From positions 100,254,001-100,318,000 of the forward strand of contig NC_043003.1 of the NCBI RefSeq assembly GCF_006345805.1: a stretch of DNA of 64,000 bases, in the 5' to 3' direction. The notes under the pieces are model-generated. The model did not search any database, was not told the origin of the DNA, and saw only the letters and a program-made list of their open reading frames with translations. Each line of letters begins with the position of its first letter. Positions within the stretch are counted from its first letter, which is position 1. The position numbers and the translations under genes are program-made. Positions 9,880 through 23,196 of the stretch are shown here, piece by piece. The stretch is from Octopus sinensis. Lineage: Eukaryota.

Positions 9880-12720
9880 ATAAAAAATACCTTAATCAAC
9901 AAAGCTGAGGCATCAAACCTACTGAGTCATGAGAAAAAAAGGAAATAAAGAAACAACTCACCACTTGGAACATATTAGTAAAGATTTAAACCTTTTATGC
10001 ACAGCACCAAACTCAATTTTCACAAACAAACTAGACAATGAACAATTCCTAATAAAGAAAACTCACAAGTCCATCTAACAAAAAGGAAAATCAAAAACAT
10101 TTGGAACACAGATCTTAGAAACAGAAAATTCGCATTCTGGAACATGCTTAAAGATTCCAACAAGGTAGAAATTTACAAACGCTGGATGAGTTCAATACCG
10201 AGAGTTCTCCCCAACAAACTGCAAATAAAAATCCCAAATGAACTTGATGAACAGAGAGAAGTGAGAGAAAGATTTGCATTATATCAAATAAAAATAGAAA
10301 GAGAACTTACTTAGATTAAGAGCATCGAACAATGAAGAAAAATACAAAATCATCGACAATGCACAGGGAACTGAATAAACATGCCAAATGGACAACCTCT
10401 TGAAAACATTTCTAAACTTTGGATAGAAACATGTGAAGCTGAAGAAAGAAATTCCCTTCAATGCTGAATTTTTCTTCCAAGGCTATGAATCAAACTTCAA
10501 AAAAACAATTTAATTTGGATGATCCCTTATGAAGACAGTAAAAAATAATCATAAATAATTGAACAGAGAACAAACCACCCTTAATTATGGATACATAAGA
10601 AAACAATGACACAGAACTAACCACTCACCAGGAAAAAAACGGTTTACACACTAGAAATAGGGATCACTCACAACATAAAAATACTAGATCCATGCTTCAA
10701 AGTTCCCAGCCAACCATAAGCCTTGGAAAAACACAAAATAATACTAGAAATAAGATTTTCGGCAAGCCAGAAACTTCAGAAAAAACTGCAGCACAGTTAC
10801 GAATTTTAATTACCAAACAGGAATGAAAAAGACATAAAGCACTGTACCCAATGGCAATCAAAGGACCCTAAGACATGAACACAGACAACAGGTCGATAGA
10901 GCAATATCATCACTCTTTTAACTCAAATTCCAACAGACACATCAACAACCCAAACGTTTTTTATCCCCAGACCAGAGAAACAGGGACACACATTGGCACA
11001 TAACACACAGGAAAAGCCAAAGGTAATTAACCTATTAACTCCTATCAATAACGAAGATCAATATACTCTCAAAGGGGCTAAAATTCACCCCAACTCCACA
11101 AAGACCCAACCAAAATTAAATTAAAAATAGTATAATGGAATTCTGCAGAAAACTAAGACTTACAGAAGCACTAGTTAACTCTAATATCGAAGATGATTCA
11201 CTATTTAAAAACAAAAGCAACCACATTACATACAAAGAAATAAAACACTCGATGAGTTCTGTAACCACGTTGAAAACTTCCCCTACACAAACAAAAAATT
11301 AACTCAAGCTTCAGCACTCCTCAGTGGAAGGAGTTAATTGAATTACAAAATGATGAGGTATTAACTATTCAAGAAGCCAATAAAGGGAGTGCAGTAGTAG
11401 TGATGGATGTGGACTACTACAAAAACCTAGTAGTATTCATACTGAATAATGAAGACTACAATCCCCAAAGAATAATGAAAAGCCTCTCGATATTAGTTCA
11501 ACTACATGGAAAAGGCTTGATGAAAAAAGAAATAAGCTACATAACTAACTTTAAATGTAAACCCAACCTCTTTTATGGCTTACTGAAAATTCATAAAAGC
11601 CATATTATAAATGAAGCAATTAAAAAATCACTGAAGTCATATACATACATGTACCAACACCAGGAGACCTTAAACTAAGGCCCATTATAGCTGGACCATC
11701 CTGTGAAATGCACCGACTGAGTTACTTCATTGACACCCTCTTGAAACCACTTCTAAAATATATTAAGTTACATTAGAGATGATTTGGACATGATAACTTC
11801 CCAGAAAGAGTAAAGGAAAAAACACTGTCTCTTTTGATGTTGTAAACCTGTATATTAATATCTCCCATAATTATGGATTAGAAGCAACTCAATTCAGGCT
11901 GGGAAAATATCCAGAAGAAATACCAGAACATATTAAAATTCATTCTCCAGCAAAATCACTTCATGTTTGACACTACTGTATACCAACAAAAATTTAGAGT
12001 TGTGATGGGAACCAAGGCAGCCCCCGTTCTTTCAAACCTGACAATGGGCTATTTGGAACTAACAGTATATCAGGAGTCACTCAAAAAATTCGGAAATACA
12101 TAAAGGGAAATTGGAAAAGATATTTGGATGACTGTTTCATTCTATGGAATGAGAACATGAAGAATCTTTTGGAATTCAAGACTCCTCAATAGCATAAATA
12201 CAATTCACAATGGAACACAAGAAAAGGAACGCTTTTTCTAGATATACTAACCAAAAAAAGTAAATAGAAACCAACATATTTTACAAAACTATAGACTTGA
12301 AACAATATTTATTATTTAGCTCATGCCACCCGAGACATATTAAAATAAATATCCCATTCAAAGTTGTTGTAATCGAGTTCTCTGGTGTTTTTTTTTTTCC
12401 CAACACTATAGTGCAGATTCTTTTCACTAGATTCATCATCATCATCATCATCATCGTTTAAAACGGACGCTAAACGATGATGATGAATCTAGTGAGAAGA
12501 ATCTGCACTATAGTGTTGGAAAAAAACACCAGAGAACTCGATTACAACAACTTAAAAACATACTTGTCAACAGACACTACCCAACTTCACTTATAGTTGA
12601 TGGGATAAAATGTGCATAAAGAATTAATATACGAACACTAAGAGAGGTCAAACAAAACTACTCACGCACTCTAAAGATATCATTCAACCTGCCAGAAATA
12701 GCTCTGAAATTTTTCCCGTA
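9880..12720 (+). mobile_element. Degenerate Penelope-like element (RT; 3' truncated)
   Basis: Frameshifted RT motifs: ANKGSAVVVMD, FDVVNLY, MGTKAAP, KRYLDDCF (~12118), SCHPRHIKINIPF/NLVRRICTIV. Left boundary uncertain. Confidence 0.85.
12361..12553. repeat. Fold-back palindrome with an RTE/SINE 3' tail at its centre
   Basis: Left arm 12361-12460 is the reverse complement of 12471-12553 (the (ATC)n tract is longer). Loop aaacggacgc. Confidence 0.95.
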
Positions 12721-13650
12721 TCACAGCCTACAGGCTTTTAGGATACAGTAATAATACAGCCAAATAAAAAATAGTTGTGACAGGAATGTTTTTTAATCAC
12801 TGGTTTGTTCAGTCTGAGCTAATCTAAGATTGTACTACAACATGAGTCAGTACATGATATGAAAAATTAGATCAATTTCAACATTTATGACTGGGCGGGT
12901 TGCCTAGACTGTCAAAAGTTGAAGAGAAGTCATCCCTAATTGGTGGAAGCACCCCTTATAACCCCTCATAACTTTTTTTATTTTGGGGAATTTTCAGAAA
13001 ATTTTTGCAAATTTGTGCTCTACACAAGAATTCTTACGATTATGAAAAGAAAAAACAAATTTTTGTGTGTAATTTAAGGGATATTTAGTGCTATTTTTAG
13101 CACATCTCACAACCACCTGAAACTACCCTCCTCATTTCTTGTTACTCTGACATATTGATGTTCTTTTCTCCCCATAAACACATTTAATGGTCTATTGCTG
13201 AGATTTAAGCAAAAAATTCAGGCTCTCCATATTCTAAATTATGATTTTTAAAGAAATCCCCCCCCCCAAAAAAAAATTAAGAAAAAACTTTTTTTTCTTA
13301 ATTCGAAAAGTTTTCTTTTATGAGAGGTTATATGGGGTGTTACAGCAGAATTCCACCAAATAACCTTCTCTGATTAGAAGCAAGGGTGAGGACAATTTGG
13401 GGACTTGTTTGTTTTATAAATTATATAAAGCTTTTGTTTTTTCTATATCCAAAAGTGTTACTGTTAAATATTTATCATTGACAATTCCAGAAAATTCAAG
13501 CATTTTGTTGGTTTTGTTTTGACCAAAATAACATAATGATAGTCTGGAAGTGTAAGTCTTCTGCAAATTAATGAGATAAGGCCAACATCAATAATAATTC
13601 AGTGAACTAAGATATTGAAAGAGATAAGATAATATCACATGGTTTTACAG

Positions 13651-13699
13651 TTGTCTAAAATTTAGTCAAATGAGAATGAAGAATTACCATACTCAGGAG
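13651..13699 (+). other. Putative 5' exon of the zinc-finger gene
   Basis: ttttacAG acceptor at 13650 and CAGGAG|GTAAGT donor at 13700. A further acceptor ttgtttcAG lies at 13919. Confidence 0.4.
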
Positions 13700-14610
13700 G
13701 TAAGTCTACATTTTCCTGAAGAATTTGGACATTCTCAGAGAAAGTTTACATTTCACTCAGTTCTCATTCATTTCCACTACATGTCCATACTATTGAGGTT
13801 TTGTTTTGTAGATATTTTCCATTTCTTTCTTACTTACCTAACTTTTCATACTGGATCAATTTTATACTTACCAATAACTCCCGTTAACATTTGTTCTTTA
13901 TATTTTATACTTGTTTCAGAGTATCTGGTGACATTGAGATGGGAATTTATCACCCCAAGATGCCACAGTGAACTTATGAAATGATCAAGAACATATGTGA
14001 TGCTGTTTTTAAAACCTTGACTGTGAAATATTTTCAGTGAATTATAAATGGAAAGATTTCCTACCTTGACTGGAGATAATTTGTGTGACTTGAGAAATTT
14101 TCTCTAAATATTCAGTTGGATTGCATCTGAGGCAAAATGGTCTTTGGATATTCTTGGGTGGTTTGTTCATATCCTGCTGTTGGCATTTCATTGTGTGAAT
14201 AGTTAGAGAACTTGTATTAGGTATTCATTAGTAATATATTTCATGTCCCAGGTTGTAATTTATGTCTGTCCTCTTATCACACTAGAAACAGCACCTAGTC
14301 ACATGTCCTTTACTAACATGGAAGAGCCTAATGTGTTTGTTTTTGAAGTTTCATTTATAAAGTTTGATAGCTGGAGATTAGTTACTCTTTATTTGCTTTC
14401 TGATTATTACAATATTAAACCCAGCAGAGGAATCTAGCTTGTGTTTCCTTATGGCTGCACCAACACCAAATTTTGCCAATATTTTACAAATTTTTGCAAG
14501 TTTTACTTTTTAAGAAAATAGGATTTAATACATGTCATTTGTTAGAAATTTTTAATGTGAACCAACAAATAAGTCATTTGTAGTCTATTTTATAGACTAC
14601 AGTGGAAATT

Positions 14611-16212
14611 ATGGCAAATAAGCTATGTAAAAGCCATGTTCACAAAGAAACTAAATATAAGAATAAAGATTTATTTTGTGACACCTTGAAAGATTCAAAA
14701 GAGAGACCATACCCATGTGGTATCTGTGGGAAGATGTTCATAAAAAGCAGTCACCTTACTGAACACAAACGTACTCACACTGGAGAGAAACCATACTGCT
14801 GTGACATTTGTGCAAAGACATTTGCAAGAGTTAGTAACTTAATTCAACATAAACTAATTCACACAGGCTCAAAACCTTATCCTTGTGAAATCTGTGGTAA
14901 AAGATTTACTACAAATAATTCATTGAACTCTCATAGACGTATTCACACAGGAGAGAAACCATACCACTGTGATATCTGTGGTAAAACCTTCACATCAAAT
15001 AGTACACTGTATTCTCATAAACGTATTCACACTGGTGAAGAACCATTTCATTGTGATATCTGTGGCAAAACATTCTCTGCAAGTGGAAATTTGACAGCTC
15101 ATAAACGTACTCACACTGGAGAGAGACCATGTTCTTGTGATATTTGTGGCAAAAAATTCACTTGCAATGGTGAACTAGCTCGTCACAAACGAAAACACAC
15201 TGGAGACAAGCCATATCATTGTGATATCTGTAACAAAAGATTCTCTCAGAGTAGTAATTTATACAGTCATGAGAGGATACACACAGGGGACCGGCCATAC
15301 CACTGTGGTATCTGTGGTAAAACATTCTCTGTGAGTGGTAGTTTATCTCGCCATAAACGTATCCACACTGGTGACAGGCCCTACTACTGTGATATCTGTG
15401 GTAAAACATTCACCGCAAGCGGTAGCTTATCTAGTCATAAACGTATTCACACTGGAGAAAAACCATACCATTGTGATGTTTGTGGGGAAACGTTCTCTCG
15501 AAAGAATGCATTAACTTGTCACCAACACCTCCATACAGGTAAGAAACCACATTGCTGTGATATCTGTGGTAAAACATTCTCTCTTACTAATCAGTTAACT
15601 CGTCACAAACAAACCCATGCTGGAAAGGGTGAGCATCACTGTGATATCTGTGGCAAAACGTTTTCAATGAATGCTCATTTATTTCGTCACAGTCGCGTTC
15701 ACACTGGAGAGAAACCATATCACTGTGATATTTGTGGTAAAACATTTGCTCAGAATGGTGAGTTATCCAGCCATATACGTGTACACACAGGAGACAGACC
15801 ATACCACTGCGATATTTGTGGTAAAACATTCTCTAAGAGTGGTAGTTTAATTTGTCACAAACGTATTCATACAGGAGAAAAACCATACCATTGTGATATC
15901 TGCAATAAAGCATTTTCCATAAGTAGTGAACTATCTTGTCATAAACGTATTCACACAGGAGATAGACCATATCATTGTGATGTTTGTGGTAAAACATTCT
16001 CTCAGAGGGGTAATCTGTCTTGTCATAAACGTGTACACACAGGAGATAGACCATACCAATGTAATGTTTGTAGTAAAACATTCTCTCAGAATGTTCACTT
16101 ATCTAGTCATAAATGGAAACACACTCGTGATAGACCATACCATTGTGATATCTGTGGAAAATCATTTTCTCAAAAAGGTAATTTAACTACTCACACACAA
16201 ATGCATACCTGA
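14611..16212 (+). CDS. C2H2 zinc-finger protein, 18 tandem fingers, no recognisable effector domain
   Basis: Uninterrupted ORF of C-x2-C-x12-H-x3-H repeats with TGE/DK/RPY linkers. First ATG at 14611 (track start 14602 is GTG). AATAAA at 16728-16733. Confidence 0.95.
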   Translation: MANKLCKSHVHKETKYKNKDLFCDTLKDSKERPYPCGICGKMFIKSSHLTEHKRTHTGEKPYCCDICAKTFARVSNLIQHKLIHTGSKPYPCEICGKRFTTNNSLNSHRRIHTGEKPYHCDICGKTFTSNSTLYSHKRIHTGEEPFHCDICGKTFSASGNLTAHKRTHTGERPCSCDICGKKFTCNGELARHKRKHTGDKPYHCDICNKRFSQSSNLYSHERIHTGDRPYHCGICGKTFSVSGSLSRHKRIHTGDRPYYCDICGKTFTASGSLSSHKRIHTGEKPYHCDVCGETFSRKNALTCHQHLHTGKKPHCCDICGKTFSLTNQLTRHKQTHAGKGEHHCDICGKTFSMNAHLFRHSRVHTGEKPYHCDICGKTFAQNGELSSHIRVHTGDRPYHCDICGKTFSKSGSLICHKRIHTGEKPYHCDICNKAFSISSELSCHKRIHTGDRPYHCDVCGKTFSQRGNLSCHKRVHTGDRPYQCNVCSKTFSQNVHLSSHKWKHTRDRPYHCDICGKSFSQKGNLTTHTQMHT

Positions 16213-16839
16213 AGACAAACTTTACTGCAAAGATACATGTCATAAAAATACCTTCAGTAATAACACTGTCTGACAGATTGCTATGGAGGACATTCTTGCC
16301 ATTTCAGTTGTGTTTTCAAGGCAACCACTGGGTATTTCATAAATGAAACAGCTAAGTCTTCTAGCTATAAAGTGCAAAGAAGTTAGTGAGTAGATTGATA
16401 CCTTTAATATCCTGGTCTCTTTTCTTTCCATGGAACATTACTAGAAAAGACCATTGCCACAAATATAGGAAAACCAGATGAAAGTTTGTTATTGAGCTGT
16501 CATCCTGTTCTTTTTAATTCATATCTGTATATTACAGGAACAAGTTTCCAGACAATGATTCATGAGAAGTGCTTATAAATATTTTCAAGATGAGATTTGT
16601 AAATCAATGCTTTTATTTTAACCATAATTTTAATCTCATCATCCAAATGATTTTTTTATATGAACTACTGCATTTGTTATTATTAAAGTTAAATCATTGA
16701 AATAGAGTTATCTCTTTAAAAAAATCAAATAAAGCTATGAAATATCAATTTGAGTTGACTTCTAAAATATTTCATCGTTTCTATTGTATATTCTTTGTTT
16801 GATTTTCCTTTATCTGAAGTTCTAACTGAAATTGTATAA

Positions 16840-18730
16840 GGTATTCCATCGGTCTTGCGTGCTTCCTGTGTATGTGAGGCTAGACATCAGGTCTATCTAG
16901 CTAGAGTAGAAGCAGCAAAGAATAGGTTTGTCTATGTCCTACTGTGTGAAGATAAGAGACTTGAAATGTTCCAGATTGCTAGACAGTGTGTCTGTGAGAC
17001 TCAAAATATTGTAGGAGAGAAGTGTGTGCTGATAGATAATGGTATGCTTGCACTTAGTGATATGAGACAAAAAAGAGGCATGGAAAAGTTACTATGTGAG
17101 ACTGTTGAATGTAGAGAATGAATGGTATAAAGGAAGTCTCCCTCATGTTAACCCAACAGAGGGACCAGCTATCCTAGTGGACAACAGTATGATAGATAAG
17201 TCAATTAAAACACAAAAACCAGGAATGCCCCTGGTCCATCCAGAATCACAGCTGAGATACTCAAAATATCCAGTAAGGTAGGATATGGGCTAGTCACCTG
17301 CATAGTCAATCAGATCATTCAGAAAGATGTAATACCCAGTGACTGGCGTAGCAGCATAATTGTTAGCTGCAAGAGAAGTATTTAGCTAAGAATAAACTTT
17401 ATACTTGGCATTCGTTGATCTAGGGAAAGCCTTCAATAAAGTGCCCCACTGGGTGATATGGTGGGCTCTGAGGAGGCTAAGGATAGATGAGCATTTGGTG
17501 AAAGCTGTACAGGCTATGTACAAAGATGCTATCAGTAACGTGAGAGCTAACCACAAGTACAGCAAAGAATTTGGTGTACAGGTAGGGGTTCATTTAGGCT
17601 CAGTCCTTAGTCCCCTCCTTTTCATCACTGTCCTCCAGGCCATAATGGAGGAATTCAAGACCAGCAGCACCTGGGAACTGCTGATGATCTTGCCCTCATG
17701 ACAGAGTCGATATCAGAACTAGATGAGAAAATCTAGGTGTGGAAGCAAAATCTCGAATCTAAGGGCCTTAAGGTTAACTTAGCAAAGACTAAGGTGCTAC
17801 TAAGTAGGAAAACTGACAGGACACTACCCACCTTCAGGTAGGTGGCCCTGTTCGATTTGTAGGAAAGGTGTAAGTTGGAACTCCATACAGTGTAAGCTAT
17901 GGATACACAAGAGGTACAGTGGATTAATAAGAAGGTTATCAGAGAGGTTAGTTTTCATACGTGGAAGATGCACAGGATCCATAAAAACTTTAGAGACTCA
18001 GTAAATTGATTCTCTGAAATGCTCTAGTGGCTCATTAGAGCTAGTAGATAATTTCTGCTACCTAGGGGACCAAATTAGTAGTGGGGGAGGATGCATGGAG
18101 AGTGTGTAACTAGAATAAGGAAAGGATGGAGGATATTCAGAGAGTTGTTACCTCTGCTGGCACAAAAGGTTTCTTTTCTGAGTGAAAGAAAGATTGCATG
18201 ATGCATGTATATGGACAGCAATTCTACATGGTAGTGAGACATGGGCCCTGAATGTAGTGAACAAGTAAAGGTTAGAAAGGAATGGTGCTAATATGCTCCA
18301 TTGGATGTGTAATGTAAGCGTACATGTTCAGCAGAGTGCTAGTGTTTTGAGAGAGGAATTAGTTGCTGTGTACAAGAGAGAAGACTGGACTGGTTTGATC
18401 ATGTGATGCAGGTGGGTGCCAACAGCTCCAGAAAGAAGTACTGAGATCTCAAAGTAGATGGAAGACATGGTATGAAGAACAACCTTTCTAGGTGAGATGC
18501 CTGGGGCCATGTTGTGCTTAAGAAGACCCTACTCTGCAGCAGAAGTATTAAGACAGGTTCTTCTGGTGATGTAAAGCGTTTGTGGCAATGCCTGTACAGT
18601 GTCACGTAAAAGCACCCAGCATACTCTGTAAAGTGGTTGACGTTAGAAAGCCTGGAACAGTTTGCCAGCTCTGGTCAAACCATCCAATCCATGCCAGCAT
18701 GGACAACAGACATTAAATGATGATGATGAA
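16840..18730 (+). mobile_element. Degenerate RTE-clade LINE, 5' truncated, with (ATG)n tail
   Basis: RT remnants (AFVDLGKAFNKVPHWVIWWALRRL, VQVGVHLGSVLSPLLF); 3' end ...gacattaaatgatgatgatga. Confidence 0.85.
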
Positions 18731-18899
18731 AATATATATATATATATATAAGCATGTAGGCAGGTAAGTATATAGATATGTATGCATATTTGTGAGCATA
18801 TATATCTATATTCAAGCATTAGGTCTCACAGAGGCAATGACAAATGACCAGCACCTTTGGCAATATGCTATGTTTGAGTAGGAGACCCATTAAGTCAAG

Positions 18900-19150
18900 T
18901 GAAATTGTAGTCATGGCAGATATTGGTGTCACGCAACTGGCATCCATGCCAGTGACACATAAAAGCACCCATTACTCTCTCAGAATGAATGGCATCCAGC
19001 CATAGAAACTATGTTAAATCAGACTGGACTCTGGTGCAGCCCTGGTTGAACTGTTCAACCCATGCCAACATGAACAATGGATGTTGAATGATGATGATGA
19101 TCATCATCATTTAATGTCCGTTTTCCATGCTGACATGAGTTGGACTGTTT
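18900..19150. mobile_element. RTE-tailed SINE (+) joined tail-to-tail to a short antisense copy
   Basis: ...gttgaatgatgatgatga|tcatcatcatttaatgtccgttttccatgc. Confidence 0.75.
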
Positions 19151-19439
19151 GACCACTGATTTTTGCTTGGGGGCTCTTGCTTTTATAACTATCCAGAAGG
19201 ATAGACATATCGTTGAGAACAATAGAAAATATATTTTATTTATTATTTATGTTTTAGTTTATGTCTATCACTGTTTGAGTTGCATAATAGTGGTTTTAGC
19301 TTTACTTTATATTATATATATATAATATAATATAATATTATATAAATATATATATATAATATAATATTATATATATATATATATATAATGTATGTATGTA
19401 TGTATATATTATTTATTTATTTATTTAATTGAACATGAT

Positions 19440-20095
19440 GCATCCATTCCCAAGTTTATCTTCACCTATATCAAAATGTTTCCGGGCTAGTTCTGTAGTG
19501 TGCCCCTAGATGACAGATAAAGTTATGTGTGCAGTGAGAGCTAGCTATGACCTTCATGAGGCAGTGTGCTGAGTGATATCACTGTGTTTACTTCACAAGT
19601 CGTGAAATTTGTGTTTTTGTGATCATGTGAGATTTTGAGATTTTGTCATGGATAGGAACAAAGAGCCAACATGAAATTTTGCGTTTAACTTGGGAAGTCT
19701 GCTACAGAGACATTAAGCATGCTTTGGCAAGCTTACAATGACAATGCAATGGTTTGTGTGGCATGGGAACCTCAAAAACAGAAGAACCTTCCAGGAAGAT
19801 GATGAGCAATCTGGAAGACCTGCTACAAGCATCCCTAGAAATGTAGTATTGTGCTTTGAAAATTCATCCCCCAGTGTCAGACTATCAATCAAGATCCTGA
19901 GTGAATCGCAGAAGGTCCCTGATCTGCTTACAGAAAGCAACTTCCTGGCCAGATTCCAAAAGTGGCAGGAACACTGGGACCAGTGTATTGCCATGCAAGG
20001 TGACTATTTTGACGGTGATTATGTTAAAACTTAGGTAAATAAGTTATTCTTTATTAAACATAACTAGTCCAAGAACCTTTTGATACCACCTCGTA
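19440..20095 (+). mobile_element. Internally deleted mariner/Tc1 element
   Basis: N-terminal HTH remnant (ANMKFCV-LGKSATETL...EDDEQSGRP) fused to the C-terminus (FQKWQEHWDQCIAMQGDYF). Right TIR ...ttttgataccacctcgta followed by TA. Confidence 0.8.
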
Positions 20096-22261
20096 TATAT
20101 GTACACTACATACATACATGTTTGTGTGTGTACACATACATCTATATGTGTGTGTGTGTACACAAGCATAATATATGTGTGTGTGTGTACACAAGCATAA
20201 TATATATGTGTGTGTGTGTACACATGGCTGGACTTTGCATTGGCAGTCTACTGAAGGGGAGGAAAAACAAAGTGAAATGTTCCCTCTGTGTGTAGCCCCT
20301 TGTAGGCAGTAAAGAAATAACAAAGTTTTGAGCCATGCAGTGAGTATCCAGGAGACCAGCATAGTTTAATGATTTCATCACACCCTACCAGCCTTCCCAC
20401 TCTTGTTTCCCACCTCCTCCATCACATTCTAGGAAAATTAAATAATATCCCCTATCTCTCCCCCGTGGTATTAGTCCTGCTCATCCCTTTATTCACCCCA
20501 CAACTCCTATAATAACCAGCCTGCCACCATCGCCTCCTGTCTCCCCCCCCACCATCGCCTCCCTCACCAACCAATCCCCTTTCTCTAGTATTAACACTCT
20601 TCTTCAGCTCTCCTCTCTACTTCCATCGGTAACCTTCCTCCACCACCCCTTCTTCACCCCACCACTCTTGTTACAGGTAGTTGTGTAGAGAGGTAAGTAG
20701 TATAACATTCAGATCAACCAAAATATTCTGAAAATCTAGAAACTTTGCATGGTTGTTAATTTGTGGTTTCATATTAAAGCTCCATATGCTTCACAATTTT
20801 TTTTTATCAAAGATTGTAAATGCCAACATATTCATAAGTCACTCTTTCTATATATTAAGCTCATTGTCTTCAACTCCACACCTTCCATATGATTGATTCC
20901 AGTTTACATGCACCCTGTTTGATAAGGTTTGCATACTATTACCTTGATGCCTCAATTCTTAAATCATTTACATAAATGACCACTTATTGATGACAAATGA
21001 AATTCCAAGATCTAGAGGGTTCTTTGTGGGGAAAACTTTTTATGCATCATATCTCCTCTTTTCAGAAGTATTAAGGTAAACTAAGCATTTAAATCTAGTC
21101 TTGTACTGCCAGTCTTTGTAAAGCTACAACCATTTTAGCGACTTTTCTTTATGCATTTTCGACAAGAATCAAATTCGTGAAATGTAAACCCTCAAATCAT
21201 ATTGATATAATTTGGGGATAACATATGTGCATATGTAGTTTCACCTTACACTTAAAGAGTATTGAAAAGGAGTGTTTGACAACATACTTTTTATTCTCCT
21301 ACAAATGATGTTAAAATTTCCAGCCTTTATATTATTTCTTCTCCAGCTTTAAGGATAACATCTTTCCTTTGGTATGTCAGGTAAGCTAAAAATTTTCTAA
21401 ATTCAAATGTAACTGCAATTAATTAGATCAAGCATTCAGTTTACTCAAATAATGCAATGTTTTCATATTCTCATTGTTACCTGCAGCCTTGATTATCTTA
21501 GTCACTAGTAATCACATTGCACATTAACATTTGCAGTAATTTAGGAAAACAACAAACAACTTTGAACATCCTTGTGAATTGCTGCTCCTTAAAACCAAAT
21601 TTTCGGCCTTTATGCAAGGAACATACTAATCTACTTATGAATGTTCTACTATACTCCCTTAAGTCTAAAGCTTTGGTAAATGTCTAAGATGGAATCAGTT
21701 ACACAAAAGTTTGTATGTAGTTAAAATTAACAGTTTATATGACTCTAATATACAGAAGAAAGTCTGAGATACAAACAAAATTTGATAAAAGCCCACTTCA
21801 GAGAAAAATCTGTTACACACTACAATGTACACAAAACTAACAGTCCAAAGGATTACTGTTTATGATATTCATCTTTGAAATGGATTAGATCTCTAAGGAC
21901 ACTGCTAGAACTGTTTGCCTTGTTGGGTTGCAGTTAAAGGAGGTGTCCTTGTAATTAAAGAAAGGACAGAGTTAGGCTGTGCAATGCATGAACATATCTT
22001 TTACTTTTTGTTTGGTTATCTAGCAGGCTGAGAAAAAACAACAACAAAAAAACATTGGTTCGTCAACAAACTAATAGTGATACATATTCACCGTCAATTA
22101 TTTCGATGTTGAATGTTTTAAATAGAAATTTCCAACATAATTAACCTCATTCGTCTCTTTTTTTAAATTTATTTTACTTTCCACTTTCCCCGAAGTTGAG
22201 GGGAATTAGTATCAGTTATTTCCCTTGTTGGAAAATTTTCAAAAAGGAGAATTATTTCAAA

Positions 22262-22391
22262 ATGGCTAATCGGACCGTGAAAGATGCTCACTCAGTTAAA
22301 GGAACTAATCCACAGTATTTAGTAGAGAAAATTATACGAACTAGGATTTATGAAAGTCGTTATTGGAAAGAAGAATGTTTTGCATTAACTG
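22262..22391 (+). CDS. PRPF38A: Pre-mRNA-splicing factor 38A, coding exon 1
   Basis: MANRTVKDAHSVKGTNPQYLVEKIIRTRIYESRYWKEECFALT, G|GTAATT donor, phase 1. Confidence 0.97.
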
Positions 22392-22807
22392 GTAATTTGA
22401 AACTCCGCTAAATACCTTTTGTATATTTATACGCAACTTATTGAAATGATTTTTATTCTGCAATGGGAACGAGCGTGATTTATGTTTGTCTCATTTAATA
22501 ATTTTCTGTGTTAAATATGAGGCCACAGTTCATGTAGGCGCAAGGACTAATTGTTATGACGTTCCTTTGTCAAAAATATTAGCAACCAAAGTTATGTGAA
22601 ATACATTTAAATGATTACCAAAACTTTTCGTGCGAATTCAGATCACCGCTCTCAACGGTGCCTGTCTCTATTGTTATTATACTTTTTTAAAATTATGTAA
22701 TTTCAATTTATGTAGCGTGTTTTTCTCCTTATATTTATTGAAGCAATGCGACGTTCGTCACGTATATTCTTCAGACCATGTTCAGTAGTTTTGCAAACTG
22801 TGTATAT

Positions 22808-23196
22808 AGGAGTGGCTGTGTGGTAAGTAGCTTGCTTACCAACCACATGGTTCTGGGTTCAGTCCCACTGCGTGGCACCTTGGGCATGTGTCTTCTACTA
22901 TAGCCTCGGGCCGACCAAAGCCTTGTGAATGGATTTGGTCGACGGAAACTGAAAGAAGCCCGTTGTATATATGTATGTGTGTGTATGTTTGTGTGTCTGT
23001 GTTTGTCTTCCCAACATCGCTTGACAACCGATGCTGGTGTGTTTAGGTCCCCGTAACTTAGCGGTTTGGCAAAAGGATCGATAGAATAAGTACTAGGCTT
23101 ACAAAGAATAAGTCCTGTGGTCGATTTGCTCGACTAAAGGCGGTGCTCCAGCATGGCCACAGTCAAATGACTGAAACGAGTAAAAGAGTAAAGAGA
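22808..23196 (+). mobile_element. Full-length tRNA-derived SINE
   Basis: A-box-like TGGCTGTGTGG, B-box-like GGTTCAGTCCC, internal (TA/TG)n, (AGTAAAAG)n tail. Confidence 0.85.

Noticed and set aside
15158-16186. Antisense and alternate-frame ORFs over the zinc-finger gene
   Set aside because: By-products of the periodic finger codons; no independent signals.
22196-22411. 71-aa ORF from the track as the PRPF38A start
   Set aside because: It starts at TTG and reads into the intron. Homology supports ATG 22262 and a donor at 22392.
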